Assembly: GCF_006345805.1 (NCBI RefSeq) | Contig: NC_043008.1 | Coordinates: 124,001-188,000, forward strand | Reading direction: 5' to 3' | Length of the DNA stretch: 64,000 nucleotides | Source of the DNA: Octopus sinensis | Lineage: Eukaryota | In this document: positions 24,830 to 38,319 of the stretch, piece after piece | Numbering within the stretch: position 1 is the first letter of the stretch | How the letters are laid out: each line of letters opens with the position of its first letter | Notes under the pieces: generated by a model | Seen by the model: the letters and a program-made list of their open reading frames with translations, nothing else | Told to the model about the DNA's origin: nothing | Database searches by the model: none | Translations under genes and position numbers: made by a program

Positions 24830-25257
24830 CTACCTACCTACCTACCTACCTACCTACCTACCTACCTACCTACCTACCTACCTACCTACCTACCTACCGA
24901 CCTACCTACCTATCTACCTACCTACCTACCTACCTACCTACCTACCTATCTACCCACCTACCTACCTACCTACTTACCTACAAACATACATACATACATA
25001 CATACATACATACATACATACATACATACATACATACATACATACATACTTAGCTACTTACTGTGGTTTGTCATAAGTGACCTACCACAAACAGAAATGC
25101 TAAATGTTTAATTGCCCGCGTGACATATTTCAATCAATCAATCAATAATCAACAATCATCAATCAACCATCAATTCATCAACCATCAGTCATCAATCAGC
25201 AGTCATAAATCACAAATCATCAACCATCATCCATCAATCTATCGATCATCAATCATA

Positions 25258-25294
<37 letters not shown>

Positions 25295-25320
25295 CCAATT
25301 AACCAATCAATCAGTCCAAA
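24830..25320. repeat. Microsatellites (CCTA)n, (ACAT)n, (AATC)n
   Basis: Directly visible. Confidence 0.95.
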
Positions 25321-25559
25321 ATTTTGACCATTTGAGCTCTTTTGTTTACTCTTTTGTCCGATTCGTTGTCGTTTCCTGACTTTTTGCAGTCTCTCGTATT
25401 GTCCATTGTCCATCAGCTTTTTCATCCACTTTGTGTAAATCATTCTCTGCACATGTCTTTTTTTACCAACTTTCTTTCAACGACTTTTTGAATTACACGA
25501 TGTAATTTAGGTTTGTTTGTTTTCAACGTCATTTCATGACATTATTTCAGACATAATTC

Positions 25560-26300
25560 ATTGGATAGCATGTTGAGGACTGTTCTCGGTCCTCTATGTT
25601 AATGCACAATAAAAAATTATTGGGATTTGGTTCTTAACAATGGAACTTGCCCTTTCGACAGATTACCAATCCAAAATAATTCGCTACTTTATTTTTCATT
25701 CTCTATTTACGTTGTTATAAGTATTTATGAAATAAATGATATCAGTAGTATGTTGTTGGCCAATTTATAACAGTATATTTCTTATCGGTCATACTTCTTC
25801 AACCGATTCCTGCCAAAAATCATTCCTGCCAGACTTATCAAATTCTTCAGATTATTCTTGATAATATAGGCTACAGTTTCAATATTTAAGTAATTCTCAC
25901 ATTAAGTCGAGTTGTACAATTCCAGAAAGGTAAACGATGTAGTTTCAATCTCAAGTTGAAACCATTTCAATTAATGTTTGCCACTGACGCCTTCAAAAAG
26001 AGAATACCTCACATTGACGATGTCAAAAGTATAAAAATTGGCCTCAAAGGAATAAGAATTTTATTAATTGATAATTGAAGGATGAATTACTAAAAGGAAA
26101 CTTAATTTAGTTGTATTTATATTCACGAGAAAGTTATCAATCTCACACATCTCTTTATATGATAAGTTGTAGTGTCTTGTATTTTGTTTTTGAAGTATGA
26201 TATCACAATGTATGCAACATATATTTTTCTGTATCTCATATTCAGTGTCCAATATCTGTGATGTGTGTGAATTTTGTGTCTTTTATACACCCATTTACAA
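25560..26300 (-). pseudogene. Highly decayed transposase remnant, possibly an hAT C-terminus
   Basis: Fragment FWQESVEEV*P.. is weakly like the hAT dimerisation motif FW....EYP.L. There are many stops. Confidence 0.3.
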
Positions 26301-26329
26301 CCATAACTTTTACCAATTTTGACATATTT

Positions 26330-26617
26330 TGCTCAAACTTGATGCCAGCAATACATAGGACTCATGGGATCTTTGAACGCTTTGAATGCTTTAAGTTCTT
26401 AAAAACAAAATCGATGAGTGGAAATAATCGATAAACCGATTCCTTATGGGATTTCCCAATCAAATTGCCTGCAACCCATTTTCAGCCAAACGTTTACAAA
26501 TTTCAACGGATTTCGCTTAAATTTGATGTCGGTGTTACTTAATTTGGTTTGAAATAAAGCGCTTGATCACTTAATAATCCTATCTTAATCCCGGGCAACG
26601 CCGGGCTATACTGCTAG
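26330..26617 (+). mobile_element. Helitron-like 3' end
   Basis: CCCGGGCAACGCCGGGCTATACTGCTAG|T is nearly identical to the 19951 terminus. The 5' limit is uncertain. Confidence 0.6.
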
Positions 26618-27245
26618 TTCGTTATATATTACAATCAGAATAATATACAATATAGATTCCTCAACTGCTGAGTATCTCTTCTCTGTTTCACCCTAATTGT
26701 ACTTGCCTTCTATAGTTTCATACTAAAAGAGTCAATATTGATAATAATTGTTTTATTGGTGAATATCCAAATGAAATCTTCGTATGCCATTCTTCACGCT
26801 GGTAGTTTAATACGTTTTTCCTATGTATTTGGTGGCCTATAATTTGATTTCAATAAAATAGCTGCAGGGAATACTACCTCAGGGGAGTCTTCTGCATACT
26901 AAATTTACATACGGTGTGTACAATTTGATTTACATTGCTTCAGAATTATTACTGCACTCTATAGTGTTTTCCGATTTTTACATCTCGATTTCTGCAGTAT
27001 GAAGAGAAGGAGAGAAGGAGGGAGGGAGGGAGAGAGAGAAAGGGAGAGAGAAAGGGGGGAGAGAGGAAAGGGAGGAAGAGAATGTGGTAGAGAGACGGTG
27101 AAAGAAAATGTGAGAGACAGAGAGAGAGATAGAGACGAGAAGTGAAAAAAAGATGGAGGTATGTTTATGTATATGTATATATGTATGTGTAAAGATATAT
27201 ATATATAGATATATATGTGCATTATATATATATCTACGCACACAT

Positions 27246-27283
<38 letters not shown>

Positions 27284-27554
27284 ACACACACACATTATAT
27301 ATATATATATGTATGTATGTATGTATATATGTATATATATGTAGAGGGAGTGAAATGAGAGAGAGAGAGAGAGTGAGTGAGAGAGCGAAAAACAAAGGAT
27401 GCAAGAGCGAAAGAAGAGAAACAGAGTGAGAATAATAGTAAAAATAGAGATACGAATCTATCTATCTATATCTATCTGTATATATATATATAGATATACA
27501 CACATACGTACATACATATATATATATATTATATATTATATATTATATATTATA

Positions 27555-27610
<56 letters not shown>

Positions 27611-28054
27611 TAAGGAGAGAGAGAGAGCGAGAGAAAATGAATGAATGAGAGGGAGAGCGTGGGAGAAAGAGAGGGATGAGAGAGAGCGAACGAACGATTG
27701 GTTGACAGTAATCCGCTAAGTCAGAATTCTCTTTTCAACAAAATGTATTTGGAATTGAAGAAAAACGTTGGACATATTTGGCACTTCAGTAAGCCCGAGG
27801 TACCAAACAGCTGTTATAAAGATAAAAACACTTATCATTGAAATCAAATAAACTGATATCCGGTTATTTATAATCCGGTTTGTGTAATAATATTTTATAA
27901 ATCGCTAACATCGTTTTATTATGGCATTTGTCCCAATGGATTATAAATGTACTTTTCACGTAAGAATTAAGATAAACGTAATAGAAAATGGTGTTCTGGA
28001 ATAAGTCAATTCCAAAAGTAAATTTTGTTTTTCTTTTATTTTTTATCATTTACT

Positions 28055-28450
28055 TATTTCATGCCGTCATGCTGGAGCACCGCTTGAAGGGTTTAGTTGA
28101 ACAAATCGACCTCCTGTACTTGCTTTTTTTTTTTATAAATGCCTGGTGCTTACTTTTCTTAGGGTTAATTTTTGCCGCACCGCTCTATTACAAGGATGGG
28201 AACACACCTCACTGGTTGTCAAATGGTGGAGGAAGAAAAGCACAGACACAAAGACACACACTTATAAATATAGATGTATTCATATATTTATATAAGTCGG
28301 GATTCTTTCAGTTTCCAATACGAAATCCACTAAAAATATTTGGTTACATCGGAGCTATACTATAAAACTCTTACTCGAAGTGCTATTAGACTGAGTCTGT
28401 AATCTTGCTGAAAGGAAGGAGCAAACTTCTTACCACACGTTGCCGTGCCC
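28055..28450 (-). mobile_element. SINE family 2, diverged
   Basis: Homology to the other copies. Confidence 0.7.
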
Positions 28451-28475
28451 GAGCCCATCATGCATGTATATATGC

Positions 28476-28512
<37 letters not shown>

Positions 28513-28520
28513 ATATATAG

Positions 28521-28573
<53 letters not shown>

Positions 28574-28762
28574 ATATATAATAATAATAATCATATAACA
28601 AAGGGTAAATAATTAATTAAGAAGTAATCAGTAATTTCACCAAGTAGAATTCGGCATGAAAAAGACCATTTCATGGTAAGCTTAAGTAATACTTTATAAT
28701 TAGGGTTCAGCAAATTTGCTTCACCACATACCGAAGTTTAGAAATATATGTATATATATGTA

Positions 28763-28822
<60 letters not shown>

Positions 28823-29149
28823 TGAATTCAATACTGAGCAAATAATTCAGGAGAAAATATTTGCGAATATATCATTGACTCTATTATTATCTAGTGTAAC
28901 AATTTAAAATTGATAATAACAGAATCAATAATATAGGCGATGAAGGTGAGGTAATAATGCCAGTCCAGAAACCGGTCCACGTGTGTCCAAATACTTGAAT
29001 GTATGCTGGAGTATACGTGGTGTAGATAGGGGTAAATTAAAAAGAAACGAAGAAAATTACTCATAAGGGTTATTTTTATACTTCTTAATTCCACCTCGAA
29101 TCATTTGTGTCTGTATACATCTTTGTCTATATATCTTTTTACTTTTCCC

Positions 29150-29184
<35 letters not shown>

Positions 29185-29191
29185 GTGCAAA

Positions 29192-29553
29192 ATGGAGGTG
29201 GAAATAGCACAGAAGTAAGAGTCAGACATTTCAATTTAAGAAGGAATTTAATAAAAACGATTTAAAAAATTTATATAAAGGAAATATTCCCAGTTTCGCT
29301 ATATCTCATCTTATCAAATATCAGTAAAAATTCATAAAAATTTGAAGTAAAAACAATTTATTTTCTGTCCGGGAGGTCAAGAAGACAAACTGTTTTTACT
29401 TCAAATTTTTATAATTTCTTTTTGATATTTGATAAGATAAGATACATCGAAACTGGTAATATTTTCTTTATATAATTTTTAAAATCATTTTTATTAAATT
29501 CCTTCTTGAATTAAAATGTCTTAGACTTACTTCTCTGCTATTTCCACCTCCAT
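29192..29553. mobile_element. Foldback or MITE-like element with about 165-bp inverted arms
   Basis: Ends ATGGAGGTGGAAATAGC and GCTATTTCCACCTCCAT. Arms are 29192-29355 and 29391-29553. Confidence 0.8.
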
Positions 29554-29654
29554 CTTTAATATATAAACATTTGATTTTTATATATCTCAAAAATTTTTTA
29601 ACTATATATATGTATAATATATAACTCTTTTACTCTTTTACTCTTTTACTCTTT

Positions 29655-30020
29655 TACTTTACTTTTTCAGTCATTTTGACTGCGGCCATGCTGGAGCACG
29701 CACTTTTTAGTATTATTCTATCGGTCTCCTTTTTGGCCGAACCGCTAAGTGACGGGGACGTAAACACACCAGCATCGGTTGTCAAGCAATGCTAGGGGGA
29801 CAAACACACAGACACACAACACACACATACAAACATATATATATATATACATATATACGACAGGCTTCTTTCAGTTTCCGTCTACCAAATCCACTCACAA
29901 GGCATTGGTCGGCCCGGGGCTATAGCAGAAGACACTTGCCCAAGATGCCACGCAGTGGGACTGAACCCGCAACCGTGTGGTTGGTTAGCAAGCTACTTAC
30001 CACACAGCCACTCCTGCGCC
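29655..30020 (-). mobile_element. SINE family 2, full length and young
   Basis: Complete from head to 3' stem-loop, and highly similar to 60405-60805. Confidence 0.9.
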
Positions 30021-30113
30021 TATATATATATATACATATATATACATGCATATGTATATACATATATATACATATATACATATATGTATATATACATATA
30101 TGTATGTATATGT

Positions 30114-30390
30114 GGAGGCGCAATGGTCCAGTGGTTAGGGCAGCGGACTCGCGGTCGTAGAATCACGGTTTCGATTCCCAGACCGGGCGTTATGAGTGTT
30201 TATTGAGCGAAAACCCCTAAAGCTCCACGAGGGTCCGGCAGGGGGTGGTGGTGATCTCTGCTGTACTCTTTCACCACAACTTTCTCTCACTCTTGTTGGC
30301 CTGCTCGCTTAACCAGCGAGGTGGCGTCATTTGAAGGCTAAAACAATACAAATGCATTGTGACCAGCGATGGTCGGTCACGTGATCACAT
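30114..30390 (+). mobile_element. tRNA-derived SINE family 3, internally deleted
   Basis: Box A TGGTCCAGTGG and box B GTTTCGATTCC. Homologous to 53150-53510. Confidence 0.8.
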
Positions 30391-31199
30391 AATATATATG
30401 TATGTGTGTATATATATGTATGTGTGTGTGTATATATATATATATATATAGTCATATGCGTAAATCGAATCCATTCCCAAGGCTTTGGTCGATCTGCCGC
30501 GTAGTGGGACTGAACCCAACACAGCTTGACTGGGAATTTTCTCAGCATGACCACCACCTCTTCATCTAAGATCTGTTGCTTGCTTCACTTTGTTTTTGAG
30601 GATGAGCAGTTAACAATCGCAGTTGTTAGATCGATTGAACACTTACTTGTGAAAAGTATGTGTAACAGGTGGTTGAGTATTCCACAGACACGTAGAGAGC
30701 CTCAATGCGAATCTCAGATTGAATTAGCGTGAGAGAATATATGACCAGGCTGGTCTTTTGGATTACAGGTAGAAAGCGGAGAAAGAGATAGATAGATGGA
30801 TAGAAAGAGAGAGTGAGAGAAAATAAGAGAGGGAAAGAGAAAGAAGGAAGCGGGGAATGAGAGAGAGAGAGAGATTAGGAAAAGAGAGAACTGATAGAGA
30901 GAAAGAAGGTGAGGTAGAGAGAAAGCTGGACAGAGAGCGAGACGGAATGAGAGGAAGAGTGAGGGAAAGTGAAAGAAGGAGAGAGAGAAGGAAAAAGGCG
31001 AGTGACAGAGGGAGAAAGAAAGAGAGTGAAAGACAGGTGAATGAGCGAAAGGGAGAATGAAACAGAAAGAATGAAAGTCAGAGAGAGAGAGAGGGGGGGA
31101 GGGCAACGCAGCGCACTTCCCTCGCTATCTTCCGAAGCAACGCCTTGGTGCCATGAGAAATGCTGAACTATGATAGCAGAAAGGGACCTTTACTGTCGT

Positions 31200-31615
31200 C
31201 AGCGCTGAACCCATTAAGCAAAATAAGCTTAGGGCATCAAAGGGCGGGGGCACCACAGAAATGAAAATGGTTTACGGCACAAAAGAAATCCCTTGAAACT
31301 TGCTAAAATAATATTCGTAATGCCTTATCTCCACTCAGTAGAGAAGCAGAAGTTTTATGTAAAATTAATTTTAACAACTTCATCGAAGGAGAAAACTGTT
31401 CAAATATTAATAAAATGGCAGCGTGCAAAAATAAACTTTATTTTCCATCTTGCTGTGAATTTTGTTTCATTTTGTAAAATTAAAATATATTTTATGGTTT
31501 ATTATCATTTGCATTTTGAATTATTTTTGCTTACATTTTGAACCATTTACACATAGTTGAGGGCGCCAAAACCTTTTAAGTGCTTAGGGCCCCTATGGGC
31601 CTTAATCCGGCCCTG
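31200..31615 (+). mobile_element. Non-autonomous hAT transposon
   Basis: Right TIR TTAATCCGGCCCTG and an 8-bp TSD ACTGTCGT/AGTGTCGT (7/8). Internal remnant LSREAEVLCKINFNNFIE is like an hAT C-terminus. Confidence 0.75.
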
Positions 31616-31668
31616 AGTGTCGTTATTATTTAGTGACTATAAATGGGTTTGTACCAAATGCCTGCTTG

Positions 31669-31713
<45 letters not shown>

Positions 31714-32330
31714 GAGAGAGGGAGAGAGAATAAGATGGTGGAGAATAATTAATCGTCTGTAGGGTTTCTTTATTCATCGACCTTTCAAGGATGAAAGACA
31801 AAATTGACCCTCAATAAAATTTGAACTCACGGCACAGCTTACGGGAGCGAATACCTCCTGGTGTTCTATCCGACGCCCTCACGATTTTATTCGATCAGTA
31901 CCGCCGTCGCCAACGTCACCAACGTCACCGCCTTGCGTAAGAGCTACCACTAAACTATACATTGTACTTTTCAATACAACTCAGATGAAAATGTCCTTGA
32001 TATATGATCAATAATTTATATTTATGTTGGAAATTACGTATTGATTTCTGTCACATTTCTGCAACTGTTGTATATATAAATATAGACGTTTATACGAGCA
32101 GAAATCCATATTCACACACCCACATACGTACACACAAGCACATAAATATACACACATAGAGCGCACATATGGTATTATACAAACTTCAGTCCACCTACAC
32201 ACGTACATATACGCACATATGTTTACCCATGTGTATTTTTAGCTGTATGTATGTCTGTTTTACAGACTCACACATGTGCACAACGTATTTCTAATATATA
32301 TATACATATACATATATATATATATATATA

Positions 32331-33080
32331 AAGTTAATCCAAACAAGAAAGCATAAAAAAACACAACAACGCGAGGACGTGGAACAAATATAGTATTATT
32401 GGACGCTCAAGAAGGAAGGAAAGAAGGAGGGTTTAACGTTTCGAGCGGAGCTCTTCGTCGGAAACATAGGAAAAAAAAAGATCCAAAAAAGGGAAGACAA
32501 AGTAAAAAAATCGCCAACGGTACACACGAGGTCACATTTTGAATATATATATACATACATACATACGTACGTTGAAAGAATGGCACCCGGCCATCTAGGT
32601 AGAACCATTACTTTTTAACCTTTACTTATCTGGTGCCAATTGCACTCAGCTTGCTCACTACAAGCTTCCATCTTTTCACAAACAAATCCCATGACAGACG
32701 CTTCTTCTCCAGCCTGATCTTACTACCGAGGTGGTAACTAAAAAAGTTAGCCAACCCCTCGCCAGAGACAAAGGTACCTGTCACTAAACCTTTCACACAC
32801 GTCTTCCATACTGTTTCTTTCAGCGTGGCTACTACGCAGGGAAAACAAGCCTTTCTTCCCCTGTTAAGAGAGGGAGGTGGAAGAATCTCGATGATAGACT
32901 CAGCTGATGGCTGTACTCTTCCCATCACTGACAACAGTAGTTCGACAAAAGCAATCAGTCCTGATAACTCCGGACACTCCACGAATGCGTGCAAGATGGT
33001 TTCCTTATCTTGCCCTCATCTCGAGCATGTCGGCGAGACGGCACTTCCGTCTTGTCACGAAGAGCTTGTCACGAACAAAC
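32331..33080 (-). mobile_element. Tx1/L1-clade LINE 3' end: ORF2 C-terminal zinc knuckle plus putative 3' UTR (family-B module)
   Basis: GSAVSPTCSR*GQDKETILHAFVECP (CCHC-like) ... FSYHLGSKIRLEKK..FVKRW, with a stop at 32626. It continues into the family-B module, which ends in (TA)n. Confidence 0.75.
32431..32465 (-). ncRNA. Minimal hammerhead-like motif, family B, fully paired
   Basis: GUUU-CCGACGA-A-GAGC(UCC)GCUC-GAA-ACGU-U^-AAAC. Confidence 0.6.
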
Positions 33081-33122
33081 ATATGCAAACAAACATATAT
33101 ACATACGTATATAAATATATGC

Positions 33123-33229
<107 letters not shown>

Positions 33230-33234
33230 ATAGC

Positions 33235-33415
33235 ACAAAAAAACACAACAACGCGAGGACGTGGAACAAATATAGTATTATTGGACGCTCAGGAAAGGAG
33301 GAAAGAAGGAGGGTTTAACGTTTCGAGCGGATCTCTTCGTCGGAAACATAGGAGAAGGAAAGATCCAGAGACGGGAAGACAGAGGAAAAAAATCGCCAAC
33401 GGTTCACACGAGGTC

Positions 33416-33420
<5 letters not shown>
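33235..33420 (-). mobile_element. Family-B module with hammerhead motif at 33313-33347
   Basis: Direct repeat of 32345-32540. Stem II GAGA/GCUC has one mismatch. Confidence 0.75.
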
Positions 33421-33510
<90 letters not shown>

Positions 33511-33766
33511 TTGGTAACAGTCTGATATCCAGACAGATATATATATATAAATGGCAATTTCTGTCTGTCTGACTGTATGTCTGTCAGACTGTTACCAACT
33601 TAATGCATAAATCATTGAACCAATATTCACGAAACTTTGCATACATATTATACCAACATCCAGTTCATTAATAGGCTTGTTGGATTTCAATAAAAATCTA
33701 TAATGTGGTCCTCAGTGACGTTGGGTGTATTATATGATAAAATGAGAAGGTTACAAAATTATAAGT

Positions 33767-33809
<43 letters not shown>

Positions 33810-34084
33810 AATTCTATGAGTGAAGGCGAGAACAGCGGTGTAAATAGGATGTTAACGTTACTATAGCTGTCATATACATGCGACACTGCATACATAGATA
33901 CATCAATACATAGATACAAGACACACACACACAGAAAGGGTGTGTGTGATGAATACGTAGTTTTAAGGAGGGGGGGTAAATATATATATAAATACCTGTA
34001 TCAATACATCTCTCTATATATTTATATAACTATATATTTTTGTCTGTCTGTTTTCAGTATGTCAATCTGTCTCGATCAGTATGA

Positions 34085-34115
<31 letters not shown>

Positions 34116-34125
34116 TGTATGTATG

Positions 34126-34183
<58 letters not shown>

Positions 34184-34482
34184 GCTAGCTAGCTATCTAT
34201 CTATCTATGCACATACATACACCATAAAGAATGTTTGTATCTATGTAATTTTGCATGTATCAGAATAGAAGCGGGTATAGTTTATTACCGGAGTATTGAG
34301 GCACATTCTAATAAGATTCTTCCAAGAGAAAAAGGAGCCATTACAAATCTTGGGTAGAAAATAATTTTCCAATAATATCCGTGTATGATGGCTGACAGTT
34401 TGATTGGGGAAGCCAGGAAAATAATTTTCATTATATGATGTTGCTTAATTATATTCTGCAAACAATATGGTAACTTCTTCAG

Positions 34483-34498
34483 TTTCTCGGAACCAATG
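34483..34498 (+). CDS. Candidate 16-nt microexon
   Basis: aacttcttcAG acceptor and a perfect ATG|gtaagt donor in non-repetitive DNA. The frame is undetermined. Confidence 0.2.
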
Positions 34499-35014
34499 GT
34501 AAGTGGAAATAAATGACTCGAAATCTATTGATTTTCTATTTAAACATGTGTGTATGTAGCGGTTTGACAGATATACATACACGCACAGATGAATATATAC
34601 ATGCATTATTATATATATATATATATATATATATAAATACGTACATATACAATACATATGTATATATATATAATATAATATATATATATATATACATATA
34701 ATAAGCACACAAACACTTATGTATGCACAAGTAACTAGATGTGTGTCTAATCACACATTACTTTCTCACATATATAGATAGATACAGATATAAATACACA
34801 CACACACATACACACACATATATATACACACACATATATATATGCACACATATCTCGCTTAGTCTAACCACACATTTCTCTCCCATACATGCATGTATAT
34901 ATAAATATATGTTATATATCACACTATCACATATCATACACACACACACACTTACACACACACACATTTTAATTTATATACAAATATCTATACTTATCTC
35001 TCTATCTATCTATC

Positions 35015-35072
<58 letters not shown>

Positions 35073-35208
35073 TTATCTATCTATATATATATACTATATA
35101 TATATATTATATATATAAAATATTATTAGAGACAAAACCACTATTGGCAAAACAAACAAGGAAAGACTTAATCAATACATAAAATTTTAATAAATAGTCA
35201 AAAAAACG

Positions 35209-35251
35209 CCACTACAATTGTTTCTTGTCTTGATCGACAATCTTCAGGTGG
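35209..35251 (-). ncRNA. Type I hammerhead motif, canonical core
   Basis: CCAC-CUGAAGA-UUGUC(UUGAUC reverse = GAUCAA)GACAA-GAA-ACAAUUGU-A^-GUGG. Confidence 0.75.
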
Positions 35252-36013
35252 ACTTCCAATCTAAAATATCAATATTTTAAAATATAAAAATAATAATTTT
35301 AAAAAAATTAAAGTATGAATGAAAAATATAAATATATAATCCATATATAACCTATATATAATCCATATATAATCAATATATAAACAATATAAAACTAAAA
35401 TAAACCTATCAACAATTAAATATAAAATATAAAATATGAAATATAAAATATAAAAAATAAAACAAAACAAAAAAATAATAATAATATAATAATAAACTAT
35501 ATATACACCCATACACATATACCAATTATATATAACCATATCTAACTACATACACTAAATCACACCCCTATATATATATCCCTATACATACACATAAAAA
35601 CGTCTAGGCAACTACAAATAAATAAAATAGCTAAATACTTCAACACAATACTTATTCATACTCCCCTTGACGTTTTTATGTGTACGTATAGGGATATATA
35701 TATAGGGGTGTGATTTAGTGTATGTAGTTAGATATGGTTATATATAATTAGGTATATGTGTTTGGGTGTATATATAGTTTATTATTATATTATTATTATT
35801 TTTTTGTTTTGTTTTATATTTTATATTTTATATTTTATATTTTATATTTAATTGTTGATAGGTTTATTTTAGTTTATATATTGTTTATATATTGATTATA
35901 TATGGATTATATATAGGTTATATATGGATTATATTTATATTTTTTCATTCATACTTTAATATTTAAAATTATTATTTTTATATTTTAAAATATTGATATT
36001 TTAGATTGGAAGT

Positions 36014-36055
36014 CCACCTGAAGATTGTCGATCAGACAAGAAACAATTGTAGTGG
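36014..36055 (+). ncRNA. Type I hammerhead motif, canonical core
   Basis: CCAC-CUGAAGA-UUGUC(GAUCA)GACAA-GAA-ACAAUUGU-A^-GUGG, with an 8-nt palindromic stem III and a GUA site. Confidence 0.78.
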
Positions 36056-36936
36056 CGGTTTTTTTGACTATTTATTAAAATTTTATGTATTGATTAAGTC
36101 TTTCTTGTTTGTTTTGCAAAATAGTGGTTTTGTCTCTAATAATATTTTATAATATTTTACTATAAAATTGGATTTAATCCTAAATCTAATTTTTTCCCTG
36201 TAAATTTGGATTTATTCCCTAAATTTATTATTTATATATTATATAATTATATATATATATATATTATATAATATAATATATGTATATAAAATTATATCTA
36301 CATACAAATATCTATATATGCATATGAATATATATATATATATGTATATATATATGCATGTATATAAATACATACATTTATATATATGCATATACTTGAA
36401 CGTATGTATATGTGAATTTGGCTGCGTATTTGTGTGTCTGCATGTGTAGGCGCATGTGTGCATATCGATGTGTACTTGAGCGAAACATTCAGCATTTATA
36501 AAGAGAACATTTCTTGGTGCCAGTTGTAATGTTATCTGCGCCGTTTTTCTCGATTGGAGACCTGTGGGCAACACATTAATGTTTGGGAAATCTAATATTG
36601 AAAATTATACAAAAAGAAACATATGCATGTATTTGCACCATTATGGCGACTATCATTGCCTATGGAAAGCAGAGATTGATGGACGCACACGTACACACAT
36701 TTATAACACATGTATAGATGTTTGTGTGAATGTGTACGTATACACACACACATATATATATATATGATATATGATATAGGATATATGATATAAGTTTTAT
36801 GATGTATAAAAACATGCAATATACAAATAAATATCTGTAAACATAAAAGCATCCGAATATCTGAGTACCTCATTTCTTCTAATATATATATAATTATATA
36901 TATATATAATAATATATATATATATATTATATATAA

Positions 36937-36983
<47 letters not shown>

Positions 36984-37564
36984 TGGGGTGTGGATAGATA
37001 TATGGCTTCGTATGTATATCCATGCACATATATGATACGCATATACGCGTGTATTATTTTAATCGGTCTGTAAAAATGTAATTCCCATAATTCGAAAGCA
37101 ATTTGATAAGCGCCTATGCACGAGTCTCGACCCGTACATCACTCTGTAACTACTGCGGATTAACAAAAAAACTTATACTTATATACTCATGTTTTTAGTT
37201 CTATTTTCTTTTTATTATTATAAAATCGCTCTCTCTCTCTCTGTATCTGATTTTTTATTACCCACAAGGGGCCAACAAAGAAGGGACAATACAAATCGGG
37301 GAACTTAAAAATAACAAAAGTGGATGAAAAATAAGACGAATAAAATTAAAAAATAATGAGTTATGAAAAGATATTACAATAAGGTGCAATGTCCTCTCGA
37401 TCCCCGAAATCGAGTGGTGCTCTCTCTCTGTATCTGTCTGTCAGTCTGTGTGCGTATATAGTTTGATAGATCATGATATATATGTAGATATATATATTCT
37501 GCTGTGTGCCCCTGCACATATATATATATCTATACCATGTGTATACACATACTGTATTCTATGT

Positions 37565-38010
37565 TATTGGGTCATCCCATAAATAATGCGGGTTTTTCAA
37601 TTGCATGAACTAAAATCGGAGGGGGACGGGAAAAACTACCTGCATCAGCTTGCTGTAAAAGCAGGTAGTAATTTTACCCTGTACTTATTCTTAGTGCAAG
37701 TTTTGAAGAGTGCAGTTCGATTTTAACAGTTATTTTTTCAAAGCTATAATGGAAGTGACAAAGGAGAATATTTGGCATATTTTGCTTTATGAGTTCAACG
37801 GAAGTGCATGAAATATTAATGTTGTGTATGGGGATCGGACAATAAGCACAAGCCAGTGTCAACGGTGGTTCCAAAAATTCCGAACCGGAAACTACAGCTA
37901 AGGAAACTATCCTCGTCCTGGATGGTTTGTAGAGCTCGCCGAAGACGTCCTACAAACCCTGGTGGACCAAAATCTCATCGTAACTGTTGAAGAACTATAT
38001 GAAGGTGGAC
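37565..38010 (+). mobile_element. Mariner 5' half (TIR plus pseudogenised N-terminus)
   Basis: TIR-like TATTGGGTCATCCCATAAATAATGCG. Translation MEVTKENIWHILLYEFN..NINVVYGDRTISTSQCQRWFQKFRTGNYS*...PRPG. Confidence 0.85.
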
Positions 38011-38043
38011 AGCATGGGAATAAAAACCTTCAAAGGTAATAAT

Positions 38044-38242
38044 TATTATTAAAATTATAATTTAGGGTATCTAAGAGATACAACCACGCTGGAAATAGCA
38101 GCCAAAATTTTATTCTAGAACCACATTACATGTTCATACATTTAATGTATGAACATTTAATGTGGTTTTAGCGTCAAGTTTTGGCTACTATTTCCAGCGT
38201 GGTGGTATCTCTTAGATACTCTAAATTATAATTTTAATAATA
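38044..38242. repeat. Foldback palindrome (about 99-bp arms, 1-nt loop)
   Basis: Centre ATGTTCATACATT-T-AATGTATGAACAT. Outer arms TATTATTAAAATTATAATTTAG and CTAAATTATAATTTTAATAATA. Confidence 0.9.
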
Positions 38243-38319
38243 TATATATGTATGTATAACTAGGTGTGTATATAGACAGATAGATCAAGATATATATATA
38301 AATATATATGAGAACAGGT

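Larger units (their letters stand above)
35115..36150. repeat. Large near-perfect inverted duplication (about 490-bp arms, 64-bp spacer), PLE-terminus-like
   Basis: Arms 35115-35604 and 35669-36150 are reverse complements with only scattered differences. Confidence 0.95.
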
